From assembly GCA_937901745.1 (NCBI GenBank), contig CALGSZ010000158.1, positions 4,515 to 68,514 on the forward strand: a stretch of DNA of 64,000 bases, given 5' to 3'. This DNA is from an uncultured Chloroflexota bacterium. GTDB lineage: Bacteria; Chloroflexota; Chloroflexia; Thermomicrobiales; UBA6265. The notes beneath the pieces were generated by a model, which had not been told where the DNA came from, made no database searches, and saw only the letters and a list, made by a program, of their open reading frames with translations. Shown piece by piece: positions 36,062 to 45,816 of the stretch. A program made the position numbers and the translations under genes. Position 1 is the stretch's first letter; every line of letters begins with the position of its first letter.

Positions 36062-36838
36062 CTACAGCCCCCGGAACACCGGGGTTCGCTTCTCCTTGAA
36101 CGCCGCAATCCCCTCCTGCGCGTCGGCTGACGAGTAGAGGGTGGCGGTCATCCCCATCTCCAAGGTCAGCGCGGCGTCCAGGCTCGCGTTCAAACCGTCG
36201 TTCACCAGTTGCTTGGCCATGCGTACCGCGAGCGGCGCCCGCTCCAGCAACCGGTCCGCCAGCGCCTGGGCGGCGTCCATCAGCTCGTCGGCCGGGACCA
36301 CGCGGTTGACGATGCCGAGCCGCTGTGCCTCTTCGGCGGTGATGAAGTCGCCGGTCATCAGCAGCTCTTTCGCCTTCATTGGGCCGACGATGCGCGGAAG
36401 CCGCTGCGTGCCGCCGCCGCCTGGCAGCAAGCCGAGCTTGCACTCTGGCAAGCCGAGCGTGGCCCCTTCGGCCGCGACCACCAGATCGCAGACGAGGACC
36501 AGCTCGAAACCGCCGCCGAGGGCATAGCCGTTGACGGCGGCGATCGTCGGCTTGCTCAGCCGCTCGATGCGCTCATAAGCGCGGCGGCCGAGGCGCTGGA
36601 AGTTCACATAATCCGTGAGGGAAATGCCGATGTACTCGTTGATGTCCGCACCGGCAACGAACGCCCGTCCGCGCCCGGTCAGGATGACGACGCCGACTTC
36701 CGGATCGCTCTCGAGCTCATCGCAGACGGCGACGAGATCGCGAAAGGTTTGGCTGTCGAGCGCGTTGAGCCGCTCCTCGCGAGTGAACGTCAAGACGGCC
36801 GTGCGTCCCCTGCGTTCGAGCGCGAAATTGGCGTACAC
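36062..36838 (-). CDS. enoyl-CoA hydratase/isomerase (crotonase) family protein
   Basis: LTFTREERLNALD, ILTGRGRAFVAGADI and AAVNGYALGGGFELVLVCD are crotonase hallmarks. GTG at 36838 lies 11 nt after AAGGAGA and gives a typical 258-aa length. The alternative ATG is at 36916. Confidence 0.85.
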   Translation of the reverse strand: MYANFALERRGRTAVLTFTREERLNALDSQTFRDLVAVCDELESDPEVGVVILTGRGRAFVAGADINEYIGISLTDYVNFQRLGRRAYERIERLSKPTIAAVNGYALGGGFELVLVCDLVVAAEGATLGLPECKLGLLPGGGGTQRLPRIVGPMKAKELLMTGDFITAEEAQRLGIVNRVVPADELMDAAQALADRLLERAPLAVRMAKQLVNDGLNASLDAALTLEMGMTATLYSSADAQEGIAAFKEKRTPVFRGL

Positions 36839-36959
36839 CGTCGTGTCGCTCTCCTTCTTGCTAACGCTCTTCTCGACGGGCGAAGAAGCATGACCGCGTG
36901 GCCGGGATCGTAGCATGTAAACGTTTACAGTGTCGAGTGCCCAATCCCGGCCGTGAGGC

Positions 36960-38513
36960 TTATGGATAGAACACAGTTCCGCGCCACTGGTTGTAGCCGC
37001 CGGTGTCCGGCAGGTCGAGTCCGGCGATCGCGTTCCGGCCGCTGAAGGGGACCGCCACCCGGCTCCAGTTACCGCCGTCCTCCGTCGCCCAGACCGTGAA
37101 ATGGAGATGGTCAAAGCCCATGTTTCCATCCTGTCCTGGGCCGGAGATGAAGCCGAGATATTGCCCCTGGCTGACTCGATCGCCCCAGCGGAGGCTCGGA
37201 TCGACGGTCATATGGAACATTGCGACCGCGTACCCATCGCCCATGTCGATCGAGATGCCTCCGGACGCCCGCTCGGTCCAGCGGATCGTCCCGTTCACTG
37301 GCGAGTAGACCGGTTGGCCCGCGGTGTTGCCGTCGGTGCGAATGATGTCGAGCGAGTAGTGGTACTGGTAGGTGCTGCTGCCATTGTAATGGCTGGAGCC
37401 ATTGTAACCCTGGCTGATCATCCACTCTCCGCCGGAGACGGGCCAGATGATGCGGGAGGATGACGAAGACCGGGAGCCGCTGGAGCCGCTCGAGCCGAAG
37501 GAGAGGAAGTCGCCGTGGGCCCAACCGGTCTCGCCGGCGTAGCGCACCGGGTAGAAGCCTTGCTCGGGATCGCCAAGGATCTCAACGTTGCCGCCACTGG
37601 GGATCACGAGGATGACGGCGTTGCCCGTTCCGGGACCGGCGCGCAGATTGAGGGCTGTCGTCGTGGCCGCTTGGCCGATCGCCTCCGCGCTGCTCAGCCA
37701 ACTGCTGCCGCTGCTGCTGCCGCTGTCCCCGCCGTCCCGGATCTCGAGGTAGGCGCCGTAGGCCCAGCCGTTGACGCCGTCGTAGCGGACGTGCAGGAAG
37801 CCGTTCGACTCCTCGCCGAGCAGCTTGACGACGCCGCCATCTGGCATGACGAGGAGAACCGGGTCGGCGGTGCTCGGGCCGGAGCGCAGGTTGAGCGCCC
37901 CGTCGATCACTCTGGCGCGGCCGGTCGCGCTGGGCTTGACGAGGGGTGCGCCACCACCGCCGCCGAAGTCGAGGTAATCGCCGTAGGCCCAACCATCGGT
38001 GCCGCGGTAGCGGACGGGATAGAAGCCGTTGACGGGGCCGCCGGTGACCGTCACGCCGGCGCCGGGCGGCATGACGAGGAGGACTGAATCACCGGTGCTT
38101 GGACCGGAGCGGAGATTGAGGTCGGACGTCGTTACAGCGTCGCCGCCTCCGCCCCCGGACGTTCCGCCGAGGGAGAGGTAGTCAGCGATCATGTAACCGC
38201 GGAAGCCGCCGTACGCGACTTTCCACCAGAGCGAGCCGTCGCTCGCTTCGACGAGTTGGCCGACCACGGCGACCTCGGCGCCCTCGGGGACGAGGGTCAA
38301 GATCTCCGAGCCGAGGCCGGGACGGCGGCGAAGACGGACGGGATCGCCATTGGCATCACTGACGATCGCCGTGCCGCCGACGATGAGATTCGTTGCGGCT
38401 CGCGCCGTAGGGAATCGGTGGACTGCTAGAGCGGGAGCTAGCAGCGCCATGAGCCCGAGCAGCGAGACGACAACGGTCGTGCGGGCGACCCGTTGGGTCG
38501 TTGTCGAGGCCAT
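36960..38513 (-). CDS. secreted M23 family metallopeptidase with four SH3b domains
   Basis: ATG at 38513 follows AAGGGAGGGAAGGGA. Signal/TM RTTVVVSLLGLMALLAPALA. Four repeats of the LNLR(S/A)GP...G(W/F)..V.Y.G..GWA.G.YL type are separated by Gly/Ser linkers. C-terminal M23 motifs (ISQGYNGSSHY ... DHLHFTVW). Confidence 0.88.
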   Translation of the reverse strand: MASTTTQRVARTTVVVSLLGLMALLAPALAVHRFPTARAATNLIVGGTAIVSDANGDPVRLRRRPGLGSEILTLVPEGAEVAVVGQLVEASDGSLWWKVAYGGFRGYMIADYLSLGGTSGGGGGDAVTTSDLNLRSGPSTGDSVLLVMPPGAGVTVTGGPVNGFYPVRYRGTDGWAYGDYLDFGGGGGAPLVKPSATGRARVIDGALNLRSGPSTADPVLLVMPDGGVVKLLGEESNGFLHVRYDGVNGWAYGAYLEIRDGGDSGSSSGSSWLSSAEAIGQAATTTALNLRAGPGTGNAVILVIPSGGNVEILGDPEQGFYPVRYAGETGWAHGDFLSFGSSGSSGSRSSSSSRIIWPVSGGEWMISQGYNGSSHYNGSSTYQYHYSLDIIRTDGNTAGQPVYSPVNGTIRWTERASGGISIDMGDGYAVAMFHMTVDPSLRWGDRVSQGQYLGFISGPGQDGNMGFDHLHFTVWATEDGGNWSRVAVPFSGRNAIAGLDLPDTGGYNQWRGTVFYP

Positions 38514-38875
38514 TCCCTTCCCTCCCTTGGGGATACTGGTGCTGCAAGGACCGGGAGCCACCCGGCCGGGCATGATTCACGCGATGCTGGCTTTCTCAAT
38601 CACCTCCTTGCTGTGCGTGCCTTGCCGCGCTGGCACGAGTAACAGAGGACGACAGTCCAGCCACTTCAGTCCCCTGACGCGCATATGCGGCTTGGCGCCT
38701 ATGCTGGCGGCGCATTCTAGCAATGTCGTTCGCCGGTGTCTCCAGGTCAAGGGGAAAACGGGTTGCACCTGCCCTCAGAGCGTAGGGCCGAGTACACTGC
38801 GCGGCGGCGGCGCGCCGATGACTCGCGCGCCAGCCCCGACCGGCCAGCCGCATGATGTGAGTGAGGCCATAGCTG

Positions 38876-39451
38876 ATGGCACAGCAACCGGAAATCCGGA
38901 TTACCGACCTGACCCTCGATTTGGCGCCGAGCGAAGATCCTTCGCTGCCACTTCAGCCCGTCGTGACTGGGGCGCGCCTGCGACTCGATGAGGCGGCGCT
39001 GGTCAAGCTGGCGCAGGTAGCGATCGCGCAAGCGAAGGGGCGAGCGCCAGTCGATGTAGAGCTAGATTCGGCGCGATTCACCGATGGGGGGGCGGAGATC
39101 AACGCCGTCGTGAGCCGGGGACGGTTCATGCGGGCAGATGTCCGCGCGGTCGTCGGCGTGAGCGCTCAGAACGCGGAGCGGATCACGGTCGAGGTGCAGG
39201 ACGTCAAGGCGCTGGGCATGCTCCCGCTCGATGCCTTCGTGACGCCGGTGCTGGAGAAGGCGTTCGCGATGGCGAGCGCGAAGCCCGGCATCGCCCGCGC
39301 ATCGGGGAATGCCCGCGCGCTGCTCGTTGATCCGGCGGCGGTGCTGGCCGGGATGGGCGTGCCTATGCGCTTCGCCGCACCTGGTGTGTGGTCTATCCAG
39401 GTGGCGCCGGGCGGCTTGGAGGCGGAATTCTCGGCTGGCGCGCGCGAGTAA
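38876..39451 (+). CDS. hypothetical protein
   Basis: ORF with ordinary composition, no signal peptide and no recognised family. It is convergent with the SorC regulator gene. Confidence 0.5.
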   Translation: MAQQPEIRITDLTLDLAPSEDPSLPLQPVVTGARLRLDEAALVKLAQVAIAQAKGRAPVDVELDSARFTDGGAEINAVVSRGRFMRADVRAVVGVSAQNAERITVEVQDVKALGMLPLDAFVTPVLEKAFAMASAKPGIARASGNARALLVDPAAVLAGMGVPMRFAAPGVWSIQVAPGGLEAEFSAGARE

Positions 39452-39474
39452 GCGCGACGCGGGCGTCTCTGGGA

Positions 39475-40473
39475 TCAGGACGCTGCTAGGAGCGCCTCGG
39501 CTCCTGGCTCGTCAATGACGAGCGAGGTCACGAGCCCGCCGCGGAGGGCAGCGCGGACCGCGGCGGCGCGGCTCGGGCCGTTGGTGACGCCGATCACCTC
39601 GGGCCGGCGGCGGAGCGTGTCGAGCTCGATGCCGATGACGCGATCCCGGTACGAGGTGACGCACTCCCGACCAGCTTCATCGAAGAAGTGGCCGCAGATT
39701 TCCCCGACCGCGCCGGCCGCTCGCAGATGGGCGAAATCGGCTTCGCGCAAGACGCCCCGCTCCGCGAAGGCGGATTCTTCGAGAGCGCCGATGCCGACCA
39801 TCGCCACGTCGAGCCGCTCGAAGAGACTCCAGATCAGCCGGTTGTGCTCGTGGCCGAGGAAGACATCGCGCGTCTCGCGGTCCTGGACAAAGGCGGGCGC
39901 GTTGAGGGTGTAGCACGTGCCCCCGAAGCGCGCGGCGAGGCGATGGCTCATGTCGAGCGCATCGATGTCGCTCACGGTCGGGCCGATGTTTCCCATCAAC
40001 TGAACGGTGGTGACGCCGGGAGCCGGGGAGACCGGCTCTAGGCAGTGGATCAGCGCTGCCAGCGTGCGGCCGCCGGAGACGCCGATCATTCTCGCCTGCG
40101 TAATCCATGTCGCGACGGCCGGCGCGGCGAAATAGCCGACCGCTCGGCGCACGGCTTCCGGTGTGCTCCCGAGCGCGCGGACGACCAGGGCGCGCCGCAG
40201 GGGATAAGCGCGCAGGAGCTGCTTCTCGAGCTCGCGGGCGCGAAGGTCGTCTTCCTCGATCGAGATGCGAACGATGCCGCGCTGGCGGGCCTCGGCGAGC
40301 ATGCGAGAGACGGTCGAGCGGGAGACGTCGAGGATCGCGGCGATCTCCTGCTGGCTGAGGCCGTCGATGTAGTAGAGACGGGCGGCGGCGGTCAGCAGCC
40401 GCCGCGAGCGATCCGGACCGATCGCCGTCTGAGCGCCGCTCGATACGTCCCTCATGGATGCACGTTTGTTCAC
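39475..40473 (-). CDS. SorC/DeoR-type sugar-binding transcriptional regulator
   Basis: HTH LYYIDGLSQQEIAAILDVSRSTVSRMLAEARQRGIVRISI followed by a SorC sugar-phosphate-binding domain. Confidence 0.88.
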   Translation of the reverse strand: MNKRASMRDVSSGAQTAIGPDRSRRLLTAAARLYYIDGLSQQEIAAILDVSRSTVSRMLAEARQRGIVRISIEEDDLRARELEKQLLRAYPLRRALVVRALGSTPEAVRRAVGYFAAPAVATWITQARMIGVSGGRTLAALIHCLEPVSPAPGVTTVQLMGNIGPTVSDIDALDMSHRLAARFGGTCYTLNAPAFVQDRETRDVFLGHEHNRLIWSLFERLDVAMVGIGALEESAFAERGVLREADFAHLRAAGAVGEICGHFFDEAGRECVTSYRDRVIGIELDTLRRRPEVIGVTNGPSRAAAVRAALRGGLVTSLVIDEPGAEALLAAS

Positions 40474-40593
40474 GCTCGAATGTTCCTAGGACACTCGCCG
40501 GACGTACGATAGTGTTCTGCCGCCGTCGCGTCAACAGGTTGAATTGGCTGATTGGTACGCGTCCGTACCAGATCGGCGCACCTCGGATTTGTA

Positions 40594-40622
40594 TTGACAG
40601 TGCCCAGACCGGCCGGTAAGAT
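40594..40622 (+). promoter_or_regulatory. near-consensus sigma-70-type promoter for the divergent ABC operon
   Basis: TTGACA (40594-40599), 17-nt spacer, TAAGAT (40617-40622). Confidence 0.55.
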
Positions 40623-40631
40623 GCGGCCAGG

Positions 40632-40660
40632 TTGCACAATTGACGATGCACATTTGTGCA
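40632..40660. promoter_or_regulatory. candidate operator: three TGCACA/TGTGCA half-sites
   Basis: TTGCACAA (40632-40639) and the palindrome TGCACA-TT-TGTGCA (40647-40660), immediately downstream of the -10 element. Confidence 0.5.
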
Positions 40661-40722
40661 ATGTAGCTCCGGAAGTGGCGGCGCGCCACGAGGTTGTGAC
40701 AGGCGGAAGGAGGGATGGATGG

Positions 40723-42120
40723 ATGAATACCAGGGACTCTCTGTCTCGTCGAACCTCTCGTCGGACGATCCTCAAGGGAATGGCAGCTGGGGCGGCTGCC
40801 GGCGCGGCGACGCGTATCCACGCGCCCGCGATCATCGCCAAGCAATCGACTTGGGATCTCGCGAAGGCGGCCGAGCCCTATCGGGGCGTTGAGATCAATG
40901 CCTTCTTCCTCGAGCGCCCTGGCTACGTGGCGGCCGTTCAGATGATTCCGGAGTTCGAGGAGATCACCGGGATCAAGGTCAACCACGACACGACGCCGTA
41001 CGAGAACGCGCATGAGAAGCAGGTGATTGACTTCACCGGCGGCACGGCGCAGTACGACATCGTTCTCGTGGACGTCGTCTGGATCGGTGAGTTCGCGGCG
41101 TCGGGCTGGATCGTCCCGATGGACAAGTTCTTCAACAATCCCGAGCTTGCCGACCCGGACCTGAATCTCGAGGGCTTCTTCCCGATTCTGCTCGAGTCGT
41201 TCGGCACCTGGGACAACGTGATTTACGGCCTGCCGTTCGACAACTACTCGGGCCTGATGTTCTACAACAAGCGGATGCTCGCCGACGCGGGTTTCGAGGC
41301 CCCGCCGTCCAGCTGGCAAGAGCTCTTCGAGGTCTACGGGCCCGCGTTGACCAAGGATGGCAAGTATGCCTTCGCGCTGCAGTCGCGCCGCGGTGAGACG
41401 CAGTCCTGCGACTCCTTCATGCGGATGGTTTGGGCGTTCGGCGGCTCGCTCCTCAATCCGGAGACCTTCGAGCCGAATCTCTCCTCGCCGGAGTCCTTGG
41501 CTGGCCTGCAGTTCCGCCAGGATCTGATGCAGTACATGCCGCCGGACATCGTCGAGTGGGACCACGACGAGACGGTGCAAGGCCTGGCGCAGGGCAACGT
41601 GGCGATTATCACCGAGTGGAGCGCGAACTGGACGACGATCACCGACCCGAGCAAGTCGACGATCGTGGAGGACGCGGCGGTGGCGATCGAGCCGGCCGGC
41701 GCGGACGGGCAGCCGCATCCGGCGCTCGGTGGATTCTCGCTGGCCGTCAACTCGGCGAGCCCGGAGGAGAAGCAGGCGGCGGCCTACCTCTTCATCCAGT
41801 GGGTGACGTCGGAGGCGAAGGCCAAGGACTATGTCATCAACGGCGGCGTCTCCGGCCGGCAGAGCGTCTACCAGGATCCGGAGATCCGCGAGCGGTACCC
41901 GTACGCGGACGCGCTGGTCGAGTCCTGGAGCAAGTACGGCAACCCGATCTTCCGCCCGCGGTTCCCGGAGTGGCCGCAGATTTCCGAGCTGATCGCGGAA
42001 ACGGGCTCCGAGATGATGCTCGGCTCGATCTCCGTCGAGGATGGCGCTAAGCAGCTTGACGACCAGATCCGCGAGATCCTGAAGGACTACATCGAGGGCA
42101 ACAAGCCTCGGTTGCAGTAG
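40723..42120 (+). CDS. ABC transporter substrate-binding protein (CUT1 sugar/polyol type)
   Basis: ATG at 40723 follows GGAAGGAGGGA. Tat signal [30 protein letters not shown]_bac_1 blocks. Confidence 0.9.
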   Translation: MNTRDSLSRRTSRRTILKGMAAGAAAGAATRIHAPAIIAKQSTWDLAKAAEPYRGVEINAFFLERPGYVAAVQMIPEFEEITGIKVNHDTTPYENAHEKQVIDFTGGTAQYDIVLVDVVWIGEFAASGWIVPMDKFFNNPELADPDLNLEGFFPILLESFGTWDNVIYGLPFDNYSGLMFYNKRMLADAGFEAPPSSWQELFEVYGPALTKDGKYAFALQSRRGETQSCDSFMRMVWAFGGSLLNPETFEPNLSSPESLAGLQFRQDLMQYMPPDIVEWDHDETVQGLAQGNVAIITEWSANWTTITDPSKSTIVEDAAVAIEPAGADGQPHPALGGFSLAVNSASPEEKQAAAYLFIQWVTSEAKAKDYVINGGVSGRQSVYQDPEIRERYPYADALVESWSKYGNPIFRPRFPEWPQISELIAETGSEMMLGSISVEDGAKQLDDQIREILKDYIEGNKPRLQ

Positions 42121-42734
42121 TGGCGATGGCATCTGACCGCGCAAACGCAACGAATGCGCCGGCGGCGGATGCCGCGTACCATGACCTGGCCAGGCGCGCG
42201 CTGGCGGAGCTTGGCGCGGCGCTGGAGGCAGTCCCGGCCGACGCGGCGACGCGGATGATCGACGAGATCGTCCGCGCTCGCCGGATCGCATGCTATGGCG
42301 TCGGCCGGGAAGGCCTGATGATGCGCGCGCTGTGCATGCGCCTGGCGCATCTCGGTCTTGACGCGCATGTCGTCGGAGACATGACAGTCCCGCCGCTTGG
42401 CGAGGGGGACCTCCTGCTGGTCAGCGCGGGACCGGGCGGCTTCAGCACGGTGAATGCCCTGCTCGGCGTGGCGCGTGACGCGGGCGCGCGGACGATGGTG
42501 GTGACGGCGCAGCCGGGTGGCTCCGCCGCTCAGCTTGCCGATACCGTCATCCACCTGCCGGCCCAAACCATGGCCGACGACGTCGGGAGCGCGAGCCGGA
42601 ACAGTGTCCTGCCGATGGGCAGTCTCTACGAGGCCGTGCAGCATCTCTTCTTCGATGTGCTGTCGGTGATGCTCCGGGACCGGCTGGGCCAGACGCCGGA
42701 GGAGATGCGGGCGCGGCATACGAACCTTGAATAG
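42120..42734 (+). CDS. SIS domain protein, 6-phospho-3-hexuloisomerase (PHI/HxlB)-like
   Basis: [33 protein letters not shown] ... [15 protein letters not shown] ... [10 protein letters not shown] ... [10 protein letters not shown] matches the PHI-type SIS pattern. The GTG overlaps the SBP stop codon; the alternative ATG is at 42126. Confidence 0.75.
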   Translation: MAMASDRANATNAPAADAAYHDLARRALAELGAALEAVPADAATRMIDEIVRARRIACYGVGREGLMMRALCMRLAHLGLDAHVVGDMTVPPLGEGDLLLVSAGPGGFSTVNALLGVARDAGARTMVVTAQPGGSAAQLADTVIHLPAQTMADDVGSASRNSVLPMGSLYEAVQHLFFDVLSVMLRDRLGQTPEEMRARHTNLE

Positions 42735-42819
42735 GCGCACGGCTGATTTCCGCAGGAATGGGAGGAGGTGGAGCGGTGGCTCGAAGCTCCGGCTTCGCGC
42801 TCCTCTCCTCCTTTGACTC

Positions 42820-43791
42820 GTGAGTAGGGACATGGATCGCATCGGAGCAGATCGTCCCGGCGGAGCGATCGCGGCTGGCTGGACGGACGAGATGCCGCGC
42901 CGCGCCACCCTGAGACGGCGGATCAATTGGACGGCCGTCTCGATGATCGCTCCCGCGGTGCTGGCGCTCCTCGCCATCGGGCTCTTTCCGCTGCTGTATG
43001 CCGTCAACGCCAGCTTCCGCTTGTATCAACTGACCAAGCCGTACCTGGGGCACCCGTGGGTTGGCTTGGACAACTACCGTGCCGCGCTGCAAGACGATCT
43101 CTTTTGGGCGTCGCTGCGGCGAACCGCCGTGTTCTTGGTCGCCACGCTGCCGGTGCAGGTCGTGCTGGGGGTAGCGGTCGCGCTGCTGCTGCACTCGACG
43201 CGCTGGCGGAAACTGTCGGCGGTGACGCGGGTGCTGCTGGTGCTTCCCATCGCGACGACGCCGACGGTCGTCGGACTCATCGGCCGGCTGACGTATAACC
43301 GCGACTTCGGCGTGGTCAACTGGGCGCTCGGTCAGATCGGGCTCGGGCCGTTCTCCTGGCTCGGCCAACCCCGGCCGGCGTTCTTCGTGATCGCGTTGAC
43401 GGACACCTGGCAGTGGACGCCGTTCGTGGCGCTCGTCGCGCTGGCCGGACTGACAGCGGTGCCGGAGGACATCGTCGAGGCGAGCCGGCTCGATACCGGC
43501 AGCGGCTGGGAGATCTTCCGCCACGTGCAGCTGCCGTTCCTCTGGCCGGGCATCACCGCGATTCTGATCATCCGCACGGCGGATATGTTCAAGCTCTTCG
43601 ACATGGTCTTTATCATGACGCGCGGCGGGCCGGGCGTGTCCACCGAGCTGGTGAGCCTGTATTTGCAGCGGCTCGGGTTCCGCATCTTCGACCTCGGCGT
43701 GGCGTCGGCACAAGCCATCTTGCTGCTCGTGCTCTGCATCGCGCTGTCGCGCTTCTATCTGCGCGTCTTCTATCGGGAGATCGAGGCATGA
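42820..43791 (+). CDS. ABC transporter permease (CUT1)
   Basis: TM-rich, with EAA loop [23 protein letters not shown]. Alternative start ATG at 42832. Confidence 0.88.
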   Translation: MSRDMDRIGADRPGGAIAAGWTDEMPRRATLRRRINWTAVSMIAPAVLALLAIGLFPLLYAVNASFRLYQLTKPYLGHPWVGLDNYRAALQDDLFWASLRRTAVFLVATLPVQVVLGVAVALLLHSTRWRKLSAVTRVLLVLPIATTPTVVGLIGRLTYNRDFGVVNWALGQIGLGPFSWLGQPRPAFFVIALTDTWQWTPFVALVALAGLTAVPEDIVEASRLDTGSGWEIFRHVQLPFLWPGITAILIIRTADMFKLFDMVFIMTRGGPGVSTELVSLYLQRLGFRIFDLGVASAQAILLLVLCIALSRFYLRVFYREIEA

Positions 43792-44660
43792 GCCAAATCA
43801 GCAATCTTGCCGAATTCCCCGCCTGGACGCCGCGACGGCGACGGATGACCGTGCCGGACATCCTGCAGCTCGCCGCGTTCGCGGTCTTGATCGGATTTCT
43901 GATCTTCCCGATCTATTGGATGATCTCGACGTCGCTGAAGACGACGAATCAGACGTTCGCGGTGCCGCCGGTCTTCTTCTTCAAGCCGACGCTGGAGCAC
44001 TACCGCGCCCTGTTCGAGGCGGGGGACGTGCCGCGCAGTCTTGTCAACAGCCTGGTGGTCGCCTCTGGCTCGACGGCGCTGGCGTTGGTGCTCGGCACGC
44101 CGGCCGCGTACGCGCTCGCGCGGTACAAGTTCCGTGGCCGGTCCGACCTGTGGTTCTGGATCATCTCGAACCGGTTCATCTCGCCCATCGTCGTCGCGTT
44201 GCCGTTCTTCCTGATCGCGCGGGACTTGGGGCTGCTCAATACGCGGCTCGCCCTGATCTTGGTCTATCTGACGTTCAACGTCCCGCTCGTCATTTGGCTG
44301 TGCGCCGACCAGTTCCGGCTGGTGCCGAAAGAGGTGGACGACGCGGCGCTAGTCGACGGGGCGAATCAATGGCAGGCGTTCCTGCGGATCAGTCTGCCGC
44401 TGGCGGCGCCCGGCGTCGTGGTGTCGGCGATCCTGTGCTTCATCTTTAGCTGGAACGAGTTCCTCTTCGCGTTGACGCTGACGCGCAGCGGCGACGCGCG
44501 CACCGCGCCCGTCGAGGCGAACAACTTCCTGACTGGCATGGGGACGCGGTGGGGAGAGATGATGGCGACAGGCACGCTGATCGTGTTGCCGGTCGTGCTC
44601 TTCGCGGCGATCGTCTCGCGCTATCTGGTGCGCGGGTTGACAATGGGAGCGGTCAAGTAA
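43788..44660 (+). CDS. ABC transporter permease (CUT1)
   Basis: ATGA overlap with the upstream permease. EAA loop [23 protein letters not shown]. The ORF-track start at 43413 is an out-of-context extension overlapping the previous gene. Confidence 0.88.
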   Translation: MSQISNLAEFPAWTPRRRRMTVPDILQLAAFAVLIGFLIFPIYWMISTSLKTTNQTFAVPPVFFFKPTLEHYRALFEAGDVPRSLVNSLVVASGSTALALVLGTPAAYALARYKFRGRSDLWFWIISNRFISPIVVALPFFLIARDLGLLNTRLALILVYLTFNVPLVIWLCADQFRLVPKEVDDAALVDGANQWQAFLRISLPLAAPGVVVSAILCFIFSWNEFLFALTLTRSGDARTAPVEANNFLTGMGTRWGEMMATGTLIVLPVVLFAAIVSRYLVRGLTMGAVK

Positions 44661-44721
44661 GCGGGTGGCGCTCGGTTCGAGTGGCGAATCGGGGCGCGGC
44701 CCTAATGCGAGGTGTGACGAG

Positions 44722-45795
44722 ATGGAATCGACAATGCTCGCGGTCGTCTGCCACGGCCCAAAGGATTACCGGGTGGAGGAGGTGCCGGTCCCGCAGCCAG
44801 GGCCGGGCGAGATCCTGATCGAGGTGGGCGCGGCCGGCATCTGCGCGTCGGACATGAAGTGCTTCCTCGGCGCTCCCTTGTTCTGGGGACGGGACGGCAA
44901 GCCTGGCTACGTCGAGGGGCCGTGCATCGCCGGCCATGAGTACGCCGGTCGGGTGGTCGCGCTCGGAGAGGGCGCGGAGGAGCGGCATGGCGTCAAGATC
45001 GGTGACCGGGTGGTTGCCGAGCAGATCGTGCCGTGCGGCACGTGCCGGTATTGCCGCGATGGCTACTACTGGATGTGCCAGCCGCACCACATTTTCGGGT
45101 TCAAGCGGTATCTGAACGGCGGCATGGCGAAATACAACCTCTTCCCGGCCAAGGCACGGGTGCATCACGTGCCGGAGAGCCTTTCGGACGGGGAGGCGGC
45201 GTACATCGAGCCGCTCGCTTGCGCCTGGCACGCCGTCGAGCGGGGCGAGATCAAGCCCGGCGATACCGTCGCGATCGGCGGCGTGGGGAACATCGGGCTC
45301 TGCATGCTCCAGGTGGCGAAGCTCTACAATCCTGGGTGCTTGATCGCCCTCGACACGAAGCAGTACCGGTTGGATCTCGCGAAGCAGTTCGGCGCGGATG
45401 TCGCGATCGACGTGACGAAGGGCGACGCGGTGCAGCAGGTGCTCGATCTAACCGAGGGCTACGGCTGCGATGTCTACATCGAGGCGAGCGGGAGCCCGGC
45501 CGGCGTCGTGCAGGGGCTGCAGATGATCCGGAAGCTGGGCACGTTCGTCGAGTTCAGCGTCTTCGGCGAGCAGACGACGGTGGACTGGACGATCATCGGT
45601 GACACCAAGGAGCTGAACATCCACGGCAGTCACCTCGGCCCGTATTGCTACCCGAAGGCGATCAAGGCGCTGGCGGAGGGCAAGGTCAATGTGAAGCCGC
45701 TGCTGGCCGATTCCTATCCCATCAGCCGATTCCCGGAGGCGATGGAGGCGGCGCTGAGCGGCGGCGTGCTCAAGACGCTCGTCGTGCCGGAGTAA
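44722..45795 (+). CDS. zinc-dependent alcohol/polyol dehydrogenase (MDR family)
   Basis: GICASD, GHEYAGRVVALGEG, structural-zinc Cys cluster CGTCRYCRDGYYWMC, Rossmann GGVGNIGL. Confidence 0.9.
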   Translation: MESTMLAVVCHGPKDYRVEEVPVPQPGPGEILIEVGAAGICASDMKCFLGAPLFWGRDGKPGYVEGPCIAGHEYAGRVVALGEGAEERHGVKIGDRVVAEQIVPCGTCRYCRDGYYWMCQPHHIFGFKRYLNGGMAKYNLFPAKARVHHVPESLSDGEAAYIEPLACAWHAVERGEIKPGDTVAIGGVGNIGLCMLQVAKLYNPGCLIALDTKQYRLDLAKQFGADVAIDVTKGDAVQQVLDLTEGYGCDVYIEASGSPAGVVQGLQMIRKLGTFVEFSVFGEQTTVDWTIIGDTKELNIHGSHLGPYCYPKAIKALAEGKVNVKPLLADSYPISRFPEAMEAALSGGVLKTLVVPE

Positions 45796-45816
45796 TTTGC
45801 GGGGAGGAGCGAGCGG

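Noticed and set aside
38514-38573. Longer start (38573) for the M23 peptidase
   Set aside because: The ATG at 38513 has an exceptionally strong RBS and begins directly with the signal/TM segment. The extra 20 residues (MPGRVAPGPCSTSIPKGGKG) are the translated RBS region.
40531-42291. 586-aa minus-strand ORF
   Set aside because: It is antisense to the CUT1 SBP gene, which has a Tat signal, an RBS and SBP blocks. Its composition is shadow-like.
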